From the NCBI RefSeq assembly GCF_004010195.1, contig NC_057719.1, positions 65,813,702 through 65,865,896 of the forward strand: a stretch of 52,195 nucleotides of DNA. Reading direction: 5' to 3'. Under the pieces are notes generated by a model. The model saw only the letters and a list, made by a program, of their open reading frames with translations, did no database searches and was not told where the DNA came from. Below, one piece after another: positions 13,001-25,000 of this stretch. Numbering within the stretch: position 1 is the first letter of the stretch; each line of letters begins with the position of its first letter. The stretch is from Chiloscyllium plagiosum. Its lineage: Eukaryota. The translations under genes and the position numbers were made by a program.

Positions 13001-16000
13001 AAAACTCCTCAAAAAAGAACTGAAAAGGCAGTATTTGTGTTATGTGGTACCCCCAACCCCTGCAGCCAGCACCTTAATGATGCTTCAGTGGATAAAATGC
13101 TCATGTATTTTACCTGATGGGCGATTAAAATTAAATTCTGATGGAACTTAGATGCTGATCTAAATATTTTGAGGTCCCCACCCCCTTTGAAAGGACTTGC
13201 CACCTAATTAGAAGTCAGAAAGCAGTTCCAAAAGCAGAGGTTAAAAGTTTAAAAGTCTGTTTAAACATTTGTTCCACCCCACCCCCGTAACCCCCACTGT
13301 TTGATTGTAAGAAAAACAGTCAAAAACAAATATTGTTAGAAGCACTTAGCGGATCAGGCAGCATCTATAGTAGAAAGTGTTGACAAACGTAATGTCATCT
13401 GCTGAACACTTGAATAACCAGTGATGTTGGTCTTACTAAGATTGCACAACTAAAATAATATAAATTAGCTTCATTCATATTGTTGCATATTTAATCACTG
13501 ATTCTGAACTAGACATCATTGAAGGAGTTATTTGTCTGTCGTTCATAAGTATTTTAGAAACTTCTAGAATCTTTGAATTTTAAGTTGCAGAAGAAGGCCA
13601 TCTGACCCATCATGGCTGTACAGACTCCTGAAAGAATGACATAACTAGTCCCATTCTCCAGCCCTAGCTTCATAGCTCTCTAAACTCATCACTCAGCAAT
13701 ACTCTGCAATGTGTTTATCGTGTCCAGTATAGTACTCTGTATCTCTTGGTTCATGAGATGGGATAGAGTGTTGTCTGCTTCTAAACCCTTCGTTCTAAAT
13801 AACAAAGAAGCACAATAGAAACAACTGCAATGCAATTTTTTTTCTGTTCGATGAGAATAGATTTGCTGGGAGCAAATATGCCTACGACTGTTGGCTTTAT
13901 CTCAACAGATTATCTACTGGACAAACGAAGAAAACATTGCACAGAATATCCAAAGCGACGTGTTGTAAAAGGAAGACGAGACGTAGAGTCCAAAGTATCG
14001 TGGGCAACGGGAAGCAGTGTCCAGATCTTTGGAGCTGTGACATGGCAAATAAAGAAAATGAAGTAGTCTGTTCAGGAACTGTACCTAAATTATGCAATGA
14101 CAATCGCAGCTCCCAGTTGAACTCTAGTGATTCTCCTGCTTCACAGGCTGGTGCTTCTGTCACATATGCAGATTATTTTGCACAGGTAGGGCATCTTTGT
14201 TTTGAATCTTTCTACTGAAATTGAAAATTTCTGATTTGTTGTGAGAGAACCACTTTTATTTCACCTTTGTATTTATCCAGGTCCCTTTTAAATAATATTG
14301 TACTTATTTCTAATACTGCTTTAGACATGCACATTCCAGATCATTATGACCCACTGAGCTAACTAGTTAATTTACCAGTTACTTTAACATTCATTTCTGT
14401 TTACAAACTTTTCTGCTGTGGGAAACAACTTCTACTTATACTCAGTCAAATCTTTTTATGATTTTAATCGCCATATTAAGCCGCCTTCCAAGCAGCTCCT
14501 CTTTGAGGGCAACAGCTCCAAAATTTCTATTCTCTCCACATGGACCAAAAAGATATTCTGCTGGACTCTTTTTGAATCATGCCCAGGATTTGACGTTGCA
14601 TTGCAATTGGGACTCACCCAATGAATTCTAAAAGTTAGCATGATTGCTATATTTATTTTTACAGCCTTTCAAACTTGTCCTGTCACATTGAAAGATGTGG
14701 CGGCACGGTGGCACTGTGTGGAGTTTGCACATTCTCCCCGTGTCTGCGTGGGTTTCCTCCGGGTGCTCCGGTTTCCTCCCACAGTCCAAAGATGTGCAGG
14801 TCAGGTGAATTGGCAATGCTAAATTGCCCGTAGTGTTAGGTGAAGGGGTTAATGTATGGGTGGGTTGCACTTCGGCGGGTCGGTGTGGACTTGTTGGGCT
14901 GAAGGGCCTGTTTCCACACTCAGTAATCTAATCTGATCTGTGTGCATGTACCCCCAGATATCTCACTGCACCCAAATTGCTATTTCTTTCACTTATCTCC
15001 TGTACTTTTCAATTACCTTTTAAGTTGTTTATTCAAACAGACTATATAGTTTCACATAGACTATGGATTTACTTGGATAAAGTGTATAACAGACTTGCAT
15101 TTATTTTCACCTTTTGACAAAGTTACAAGTTCTCAGACATTTCCTTGGAGTGTTACCAAGTAGAATGTGACATCAAGCCAGATTGAAATTAGGGCAGATG
15201 ACCAAAAGCTTAATCAAAGAGGTGGATTTCAAGATATATCTTAAAGAATGAGAAAGGTAGAAATTTTGAGAGAAAATTTCAGAACTTAAGCTCTAGATAC
15301 CTGACGGAATAGTTACCAATGGTGAAGCAATAATAATTTGGATGGTGAGAGATTCTAGATTTGGAGTATGGCTGAGATCTGGGAAGGTTGCAGGATTTTT
15401 GAGAGTTTGGGAGAGGGAGAGATGGAGGGTTGGAGATGGGGTGAGGTCAGGCCATCGTGACGTTAATACAGAGATGTGAAGTTAAAATATGATTGTTTGT
15501 TTGTGTAGATCAGCAACCACAGATGAACACAATTTGGGTTGAGGTTAGTGTTTGGGCTGCAAACGTTTGGATTAAATAACCAGGGTTTGACAGAAGTGGC
15601 AGTTCCTTTCTGTCTCCGAATTCGCTTAAAGGGGCCTTCTTGTGGCGTAGTGGTAGCATCCCTCCCCCTGGACTAGGAGGCCTGGGTTCAAGTTCCACCT
15701 GCTGCAGATGTGTGTAATAACATTTCTGAACAGGTTAATTAGGCAAATAGATTAAATAAACTGATATAATGTTAGAGGTTAACCAAATTCTCCACACGTT
15801 GAAATAGTTTAGTCTCAAGATAACCAAGTCATGATTGAGAGTTTCAGTAGCAGATCGGTTGAGGTACAGGAAAGAAATCTAGTATTGTGCACTTTGAAAT
15901 AGAAACTGATGAACACAATTTATATTCAGAAACTTAACTCCAACAAATAAGCTGGTGAAGTTCCATCAGAAGAGGAACTAAGTCAGTAGATAAGGAGTTG

Positions 16001-19000
16001 TCTAAAGCTGTTGTCTTTCTACTACTTAGCACTTCAGATGTCATTGCTCAGGGAGCACACACGTGACTGAGTGCCTTTTGGATGAGAAGTGAGACTGAAG
16101 TCCCATCTGCCTTCCCAGGTTGATGTAACAAACCCTATAGTCGAGAGTGTAGTGCTGGAAAAGCACAGCAGGTCAGACTGCATCTGAGGAACAGGAGAAT
16201 CAATGTTTCTGGCATAAGCCCTTCATCAGGAATGAGGCTTGTGGGTCAGGACTGAGAGATAAATGAGAGGGGGTGGGGTTTTGCAGACAGTAGAAAGCGA
16301 TAGGTGGTTGAAGGTGAGGGAGAAGGTGATGGATCAGGGAGGGGGGGGGCGATGGACAGGTCCAGAGGATGGTGCCGAGTTGGAGCTTGGGACTGGGATA
16401 ATGTGGGGAGTGGGGAAATGAGGAAGCTTTGAAATCCACATTTACCCCACGTGGTTGCAGGATTCCAAGGCAGAATATGAGGCGTTCATCCTCCAGACAT
16501 CAGGTGGTAACGGTTTGCCGAAGCAGGCGACCCAGGACCTGCTTGTCCTTGACTGAGTGGGAGGGGGAGTTGAAGTGTTCAGCCATGGGGCACTAGGGTT
16601 GGTGAGTGCAGGTGTCCCAAAGATGTTCTCTGAAATGATCCGCAAGAAGCCGTCCTGTCTCCCCGATGTAGAGGAGACTACACCGGGTGCAATGGATGCA
16701 GTAGATGACATTCGTAGAGATACAGGTAAATTTCTGGCAGATGTGGAAGGATCCCTAGGGGCCTTGGACAGAGTTGAGGAGAGTGGTCTGGTCGCAGGTT
16801 TTGCACTTCCTGCTGTGGTAGGGAAAGGTGCTAGGAGTGGGGTGTAGACTGGTGGCGGGGGGTGGTGGTATAGACCTGATGAGGGAGTTGCGGAGGGAAT
16901 GGTCTTTTTGGAACGCTGATAGGGTGTGGTGGGAAATATATCTCTGGTGGTGGAAGTGGCGGAGGATGATACGTTGTATGTGGAGGGTGGAAGGTGAGGA
17001 CCAGGGAGGGGTTCTGTCCTTGTTGCGTTGGGAGGGGTGGGGTTCAAGGACAGCAGTGCATGAAGTGGAGGAGATGTGCTGGAGGGCACCTTCAACCATG
17101 TGGGAAGGGAAGTTGTGATCGTTGAAGACAGGGGCCATCTGGGACTTAAAGATGGAATTGGTTATCCTGGGATCGCATGCAGCAAAGGCAGAGGAATTGG
17201 GAAGAAGGGATGGTATTTTTACAGGCGGTAGGGTGTAAGGAGGTATAGTCTAAGTAGCTGTGGGCTTGTAGTATATGTCCGTGGTTAGTCACTTGCTAGA
17301 GACGGTGATGGAGTGGTCCAGGAAGGGAGGGAGGTTTCAGAGATGATCCAGGTGAATTTGAGGTCACGGTGGAAAGTGTTGGTAAAGTTGGTGAACTGTT
17401 CAACCACCTCGTGGGAGCACGAGGCAGTGCCCATGCAGTCATCAATGTAGTGGAGGAACAGGTGGAGGTGGTGCCGATATAACTGTAGAAGATGGACTGT
17501 TCCATGTTTTTCTGCGTTGCAACGATGGCTACTTCCAAAAAGTAGTAAAGCACTTTGAGCAGAATGTGAAACGTGCCGAGTAACTGCAAGGTCATTATTT
17601 TAATTAGCCACTTTTGCTGATCCATGACTGGATGTCAGGTGCACATCTGGTCTTTTAACTCTTTATTCTAATATTAATGATTTTTTTGTACAATCCGCAC
17701 ACAGTATTCTCTGTTCCATATTTTGCCCCTAAAGAACAAATGGTAAGTAGCTCATTTCTCATTTACTAATATGAATTTCTTTGTTTGTGGTTCTGTTTCC
17801 CCCCCCCAAGATGGTGGGAGCATCTTAAAGTGAATGCTTCTTCCACAAACACTGCAACTTGGCCAAAGGAGAGGTGTGGACAACTCTGGAGGCAGTGATC
17901 AGCATCCTTTTTGGCTGAACTGTTATTATTTTTGTTTGCTTCCATTGGGCACAATAGCATCCAAAAACAGCTGATTCATTTTAAAAAAGAGCTATTTCTG
18001 TTTATATGATGAAGTCTAATTTGTAGCTTCGTTAATACTGGCATAAATATTGCAGAGTTGCTTCTTGTAATGTCCTTGCAGTATAAATCAATAGCTGTTT
18101 CCAACAGTAATTAATCATCAGTTAATATGTATTGCATGTGTCATGCAGGAAGGAGGAAGTTGCGAAGCTTCAAAACAGCTGAGATTTTTTTAAAAAATGA
18201 TATTAATGCCAAATGCTTATAAGTGCTCTTGGGTAACTTAGCACAGGAGTGGCTTCAGTGTCTGCATTAATATAGTGATTATAGCAATGCTCTTAAGCCT
18301 TTTTAAAATTTTAACATGTATTCCTAACCTTAAAAGGAATGGAAGTACCACAGAATTGAATAGATAATGGGAGCCAAGGAAAGTATTGAAGTGTAGTTAG
18401 CAACATAGAAATTAACTGTTTTTACTACCTAACTCTCTTCTTGTTTGGTTCTGTTAATACCACAGATTTCGAAGGATCATGCTACAATGACACAAGTACT
18501 GTTTGGTAGAAACCTAAGACTGAACGTAGCTCTGACATTTTGGCAAAAAAGTGCAAGTGAGCTGGTAGCTTATCTGGTCAGGTAATAATCATATTTAGCA
18601 TTGTACTAAATCTATTTTATGTAAGTCATTGTTACAAATTCTATCATAAACTTCTTTATTGCAATATATATAGTTAAATTGAATGCAAACTATTTTGGAA
18701 AAGCAGATAGAAAGCTTCCATTTTATTTGTTATTATGCATCATTGCTTGACAATTTGTCTTAGTTTGTGATATGATGTTGAATCTTTTTGTCATCTGTAG
18801 GATACATGACATTGCTGTTACTGCAGATTGTCTACCAGTGCTTACAAAAAGGTAATATTAAAATAACTTTTTTTCCATCTATAGTTAATACTTTTGTCAA
18901 ATATTCTTTAATGCTCTTTATTTTTGCTTATAGTCTAGAGGAAGAAAAACAAAGCATCTCCATAGGTTGTTGTGTTGACCTCTTACCACTAGTGCAAGAG

Positions 19001-22000
19001 TTATTAAGAAGCAGATATGAAGAGTAAGTATTATGAGATTACAGAAGCTACTTTACTGTGCTTTAGGAACCTAATATCCTAGATCATAGTGAGTCATTGT
19101 ATTGAATAGCATACGTGCAATTAAAGGAAAGCTAGACGAGCACATGGGGGAGAAAGTATTGGAAGATTTCAGTTATGGAATTAGATGAAGGGACAAAGTC
19201 TTGAGTGGGACATAAACTCTGTCAGAATGGCCTGGTTCTGTCCTGTGTGGCGTTTTTGTGTTGCCCTCGGTAGTTTTGAAAATTATTTTCACTCTATACA
19301 GCTTTTTTGTGGTAATTTGAGAAATTTAGTTTGTACTGCTTTAACATTGTGTACAAGTACAGTAATTGCTGGACCGATATTGCTGGAAAAGTTCAATAGG
19401 TCTGACAGCATCTATGAAGGGAAATCAAAGTTAATGTTTATGAAATGTTAACTTTAAGTGCTCCCAATGGCCTTTTGAGCATTGCATTGCAAGCTGGGCA
19501 ATGGGAAAAGCAGCATGAACAAGGAACAGAAAATTCACAATAAAACCATATCTCCAGCTTAATGAAAAGAGTTATTAGGACAGATTTCTTTCCTACAATT
19601 TTGTTGATTCTGCTATCACCTAACCTTTGGATGTAAACCATAGATTAATGGAACTGAAATTGGTTTAAAGTTGTTTTTTTTTAAAAAGGAATACTGGATT
19701 TGTTGTCATAGGCTGAGCATGGAACTACAGTGTTAGCGGCCTGAGAACTGTATTAAATTAAGGTAGTTGCCAGCTTGCATTAAGATGACTCTGGTTGCAC
19801 CTGAACTGGAAGTGCACCAATATCCTGGGCAGGAGGTTTGCTTGAGCTTTTTGGGAGGGTTTAAACTAGATTGGCAGGGGAATGGGAACTGGAGATATGG
19901 ATCAGATTATGGAGTTGGTAATGAACAGCCAGATACAGTATGCAGAGAGTCTGTGAAGAGGAATAGGCACTTGATAGGGCAAAGGTTCGGTCAGTGTGAT
20001 GGATTGAAGTGTGTCTGTTTTAATGCAAGAAGTATCAGGAATAAGAGTAATGAACTTAGAGCATGATTAGTATTTGGAACTATGATGTTGTGGCCAATAT
20101 GGAGACTTGGATATCATTGGCAAGAATGGTTGTTGGATGTTCCAGGGTTTAGATGTTTCGAAAGGAATAGTGGGGAGGTAAAAGAGGTGGAGGAGTACAT
20201 TGCTAATCAGGGATAGTATCACAGCCACAGAAAGGGGGGTGTCAACAAGGGTTTGTCTACAGAGTCAGTATGAGTGGAAGTCAGAAACCGGAAATGAGCA
20301 ATCACTTTATTGGGAGTTTTCTACAGACCCTCCAATAGCAACACAGGCATGGTGGAGCAGATTGGGAGACAGATTTTGGAAAGGTGCAGAAGTAACAGTT
20401 GTTGTTATGTGTAACTTTTAACTCCCCAAATATTGATTGGAACCTTCTTAGTTCAAATACTTTGGATGGAGCAGTTTTTGTCAGGTGTGTCCAGGAATGG
20501 TTCCTGACTCCATATGTAGATATGGCCTACTAGTCGGCCTACTGGATTTGGTGCTTGGCAACAAACTAGGCAAGGTGTCAGATCTCTCGGTGGGAGAGCA
20601 TTTAGGTGATAGTGATCACAACATACTGACTTTTACTATACTCCTGGAGAGAAATAGGAGCAGATGTTATGGGGAAGTGTTTAATTGGGCAGTGGGAATT
20701 ACAATGCTATTAGGCAGGAACTAGACTATCTAAATTGGTACAGATGTTCTCAGGGAAATGCACATCAGAAATGTAAAGGTTGTTTAGGAAGCACTTGCTA
20801 ATAGTGCTGAACAGGTGTGTGCCGCTGGGGCAAGGAAGGGATGGTAGGTTGGGTGACAAGGATAGTGGAACATCTAGTTAAGAGGAAGAGGGAATGTTAC
20901 TTAAAGTTGAGGAGGCAAGGATCAGACAGGTCTCTAGAGGGTTCCAAGGTAGCCAGGAAGAAACTGAAGAATGGACTTAGGAGAGCTAGAAGGGGGCTGG
21001 AAGAGAGTAGGATAAAGGAAAGCCCTAAGGCGTTCTACACATGTGAGGAACAAGAGAATGACCAGAGTGAGGGTAGGGCCAATCCAGGATAGTGGAGGGA
21101 ACTCGCGCCTGGAGTCAAAGGAAGTAAGGGACATCCTTAATGAATACTTTGCTTCAGTATCCACTACTGAGAGAGGGACCTTGACACACTGAGGGCAACG
21201 TGAAACAGACTAATATACTTGAACAGATTGAAAATTTTGAAAGTCATAAGGATAGATAAATCCCCGGGCCTGAAGGGATATACCCTGGGTTACTACGGGA
21301 AGCAAGGGAAGAGATTGCTGCACCATTGGTGATGATCTTTGTGTCCTCACTGTCCACTGGAGTAGTGCCAGATGATTGGAGGGTGGCAAATGTTATTTCC
21401 TTGTTCAAGAAAGAGAATAGGGATAATCCTTGGAATTAAAGACCAGTCAGCCTCCTGTCTGTGGTGGGTCAAGTATTGGAGAGGATTCTGAGAGAAAGGA
21501 ATTATGATTACTTGGAAAACCATAGTTGGATTAGAGATAGTTAGCATGGCTTTGTGAGAGGGAAGTCGTGTCTCACAGTCATTATTAAATTCTTTGAGGA
21601 TGTGACAGATCACATTGAAGGTAGAGCGGTGGATATGGTTTACATGAATTTTAGCAAGGCATTTTATAAGGTTCCCCATGGTAGGCTCATTCAGAAAGTA
21701 AGAAGGTATGGGATACAGGGAAATTTTGGCTTTCTGGATACAGAATTGCCTGGCCCATAGAAGATAGTGGATGGGAGTAGACGGAAAGTATTCAACCTGG
21801 ACCTTGGTGACCAGTGGTGTTCTGCAGGGGTCAGTTCTGGGACCTCTGCACTTTGTGATTTTTATAAATGACTTGGATGAAGAAGTGCAAAGATGGTTTA
21901 ATAAGTTTGACGATGACATGAAAATGGTGGAGTGGTAGATAGTATGTCGATTGCAACGGGACATGACAGGCTGCAGAACTGGGCTGATAAGTGGCAGATG

Positions 22001-25000
22001 GCGTTCAGCCTGGCAAAGGTTGAAGTGATTCCTTTTGGAAGGCTGAATTTGAATGCAGAGTACAGGGTTTAAGGCAAGATTCTTGCAGTGTGGAGGAACA
22101 GAGGGATCTTGGAGTCCCATGTTCATAGATCCCTCAGTGTTGCCACCCAAGTTGATAGAGTTGTCATGAAGGCATATGGTGTGTTGGCTTTCATTAGATT
22201 GAGTTTAAGAGTTGCGAGGTTATGCTGCAGCTCTATAGAACCCTGGTTAGACTGCACTTAGAATATTGTGTTCAGTTGTGGTTGCCGCATTATCGGAAGG
22301 ATGTGGAAGCAGAGGGGATGCAGAGAAGATTTACCAGGATGCTGCCTGGACTCGAGAGTATGTCTTATGAAGAAAGGTCAAGGGTGCTAAGGCTTTTCTC
22401 ATTGAAGCAAAGAAGGATAAGAGGTGCCTAGATAGAAGTGTCCAAGATAATGAGAGGCACAGAGAGAGAGTGGTTAGCCAGAGACTTTTTCCCAGGGCAG
22501 AAATGGCTGTCATGAGGGGGCATAATTTTAAGGTTTATGAGAGGAAGGTTTCGGGAAGATTCAGAGATAGGTTCTTTACCCAGAGAGTGGTGAGTGCGTG
22601 GAATGCACTGCCAGCCGTGGTGGTAGAGTCAGATACATTAGCGACATTTAAGCGACTCGTGGATAGGCACATGAAAGATAGTACAGTGGAGGATATGTAG
22701 GTTAGTCTGATCTTAAGAGTAGGAGAAAAGGTTGGCACATCGAGGGCCCAAGTGTCTGTACTTTGCTGTACTGCTGTATGTTCTATGCTCTCTGTTCTAT
22801 GTACTTGAAATGGCCTCAGCTGCAACTGAGCTCAGATTGTCATGTGAACGATGAGGTCAAATGAACTTGGAGATGGTTTGCGATTTTTATGCTGATAAAA
22901 CTGAGTTTCCAAATTAGAGCAGGCTAGATTTTGCATTGATGGTTTAAACCATTGTTCTTTTTTTTAAAACATCTAAGTCTCGTGGTCCTTCCTAATAGAC
23001 ATGGAACGTACCCCTCACGTTTGCACCAATATCAAATCTATTAATTGCTGGCACATTCTTGATATGCAAAATGAGAAAGATTGTCCCCACAAATTTATTT
23101 CTTTTTTTTGTATCTGCTTGCTAATGCAATGAAACACATTTCACCCAATGTGTCTGATGCATCCTAACAATTGGAAAGCTTAGACCCAAAACCTTTATTG
23201 CGATCACATCATAAAATTCATTGCATAGATTTGTTTGTTTATGACTTGCTGTATTAAACCTTACTTGTAACATTTTCAAATAATGCAGATATCTGATTGT
23301 TGGTTTAAACTGGCTCCGAGCTGTCCTTAAGCAATGGTGGCCAGAGCTGTCTGCAAATACTGCAAATAATGATGAAACCCATGTAGAAGATAGGTAAGTG
23401 AAATCATATTTTACTTATCAATAAATGTGGAAACTTGTTTTTTAAATATCCCCAAAATGATTGAATGGGATGTTATTGGGTAGGACATAATAGCTTATTT
23501 CTTCAGTTGGCCAAGAGAAATTTCTATCTCATAACTCCTTACCGCTACATCAAAAATCTTTCAATTCAGTCTTAAAATTACAATGATCCAGCCTCTCCTT
23601 TCTCTTATTGTTCTAATTTCTACTGAATGCCTTATTAGAAAAAAAAAGAGTCTCCAGTCATCTGGACTGCAATTATATGTGATCAATTTGTTGTACAGAA
23701 TAAGGACTGAAATGATTGTATTGGTCACTGATAATTTGATGCTTTTCTTTGCTCTATTGATCTGATCCAGGTTAACAAACTCAGGTTATGTCCACCTCAA
23801 TGACTTTCAACCTACTTTTATTGTGCACAAAAGTAAAGTAGTTAACTCACTGCAAAATGATGAGTACTCCAAAAATAAAAAATAATTCATGTTATTTATT
23901 TGAGAGGTAGGGATTTCTGTTGCATTTCATATTTTTTAGAGTAGTATTTCCTAAACTCTTGCACCCTGATGAAATTACTTTCTAGGCAGCTTGAAAGTTA
24001 ATATTAATCTTTTGAAATACTTATTCTAGAAACGTAAAGGTTTTGAAAGATCAGCTACGACAACTACGGGAGCAAGGCTTTCAATTATCTTCAGTTCCAG
24101 GGTATACTGGAAAAGTAGCTAAGGTAAGAACTGTTTAATCAGTTCTTCTTTTAATCACTCAATTATTCTGCCTCCACACTCCTGGGGAAAAAAAATCTGC
24201 CTAGATTTTGCAATCAGTGGCAAAAGTTTCTCTTTCCAATTAGTCTTGCTGTTAGCTGCTGACAAGCCTCTGCTGAACTTTTAAGTGGCATTTGCAACTT
24301 TTGAGCTCATTTTCTGCACATCAATCTCTCTCATCTGTTTCTGAACTGGGAAAGAAACAGCAAGACTCTTGAACCTTGAGGTATTCCCAGGGGCAGACAG
24401 AATCTAAACCAGGCACTTTAAGTGCAATTTAAATTGCATACAAAAAAAAACACGGTGGTGGGGGGAGAAAGGGTGGGGTTAGGAGTGCATGTGTAGCAAG
24501 CGATACTACAAAGTAGACAAACATTTTTCTCTTAAATCCCAACACTAGATCCTGAAGGAATGAATCTCTGAACATGTAAAACTTCTATTGCCACCACACA
24601 GTTATGACTTACTACATTAAAAATTCACCTAGACCTGAGTCTGCAAGACTTTTTATGGCATTTTAGTTCGCCCAATCACAACTTCAAATTTAAATGGATT
24701 TCGGTGCCAAGGATTGTTGCAGCGCACGTCTTGCAAGCATCAAGATTTTAGTATTAACTGCATATACAAGTACCAGACATTGTTATTATTGAGCAAATTG
24801 TACAACAGTGAATAATCATACCCTCATTGTTATTTCTATTGCAAAACCTTGGACAATATTCTATTGCTTCTGCAGAATTTACTTTTGGTGGTAGAATTAA
24901 CAAAGTGATGAACCAAATCATTGTTAACATGGTTAACAAACTGCATTCTGTGGCCACATGTGCTGGTGTTTTTGATTTTATTCTCACTTCATTTGATTGT

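Noticed and set aside
21347..22150. 267-aa minus-strand ORF and similar 100-217 aa ORFs (5223-5570, 30905-31423, 16442-17095)
   Set aside because: Antisense or off-frame readings of CR1 and Penelope remnants.
24413..24438. Overlapping palindromes gcactttaagtgc and tgcaatttaaattgca
   Set aside because: Short and AT-rich, with no TIR/TSD or conservation evidence; chance or a decayed MITE centre.
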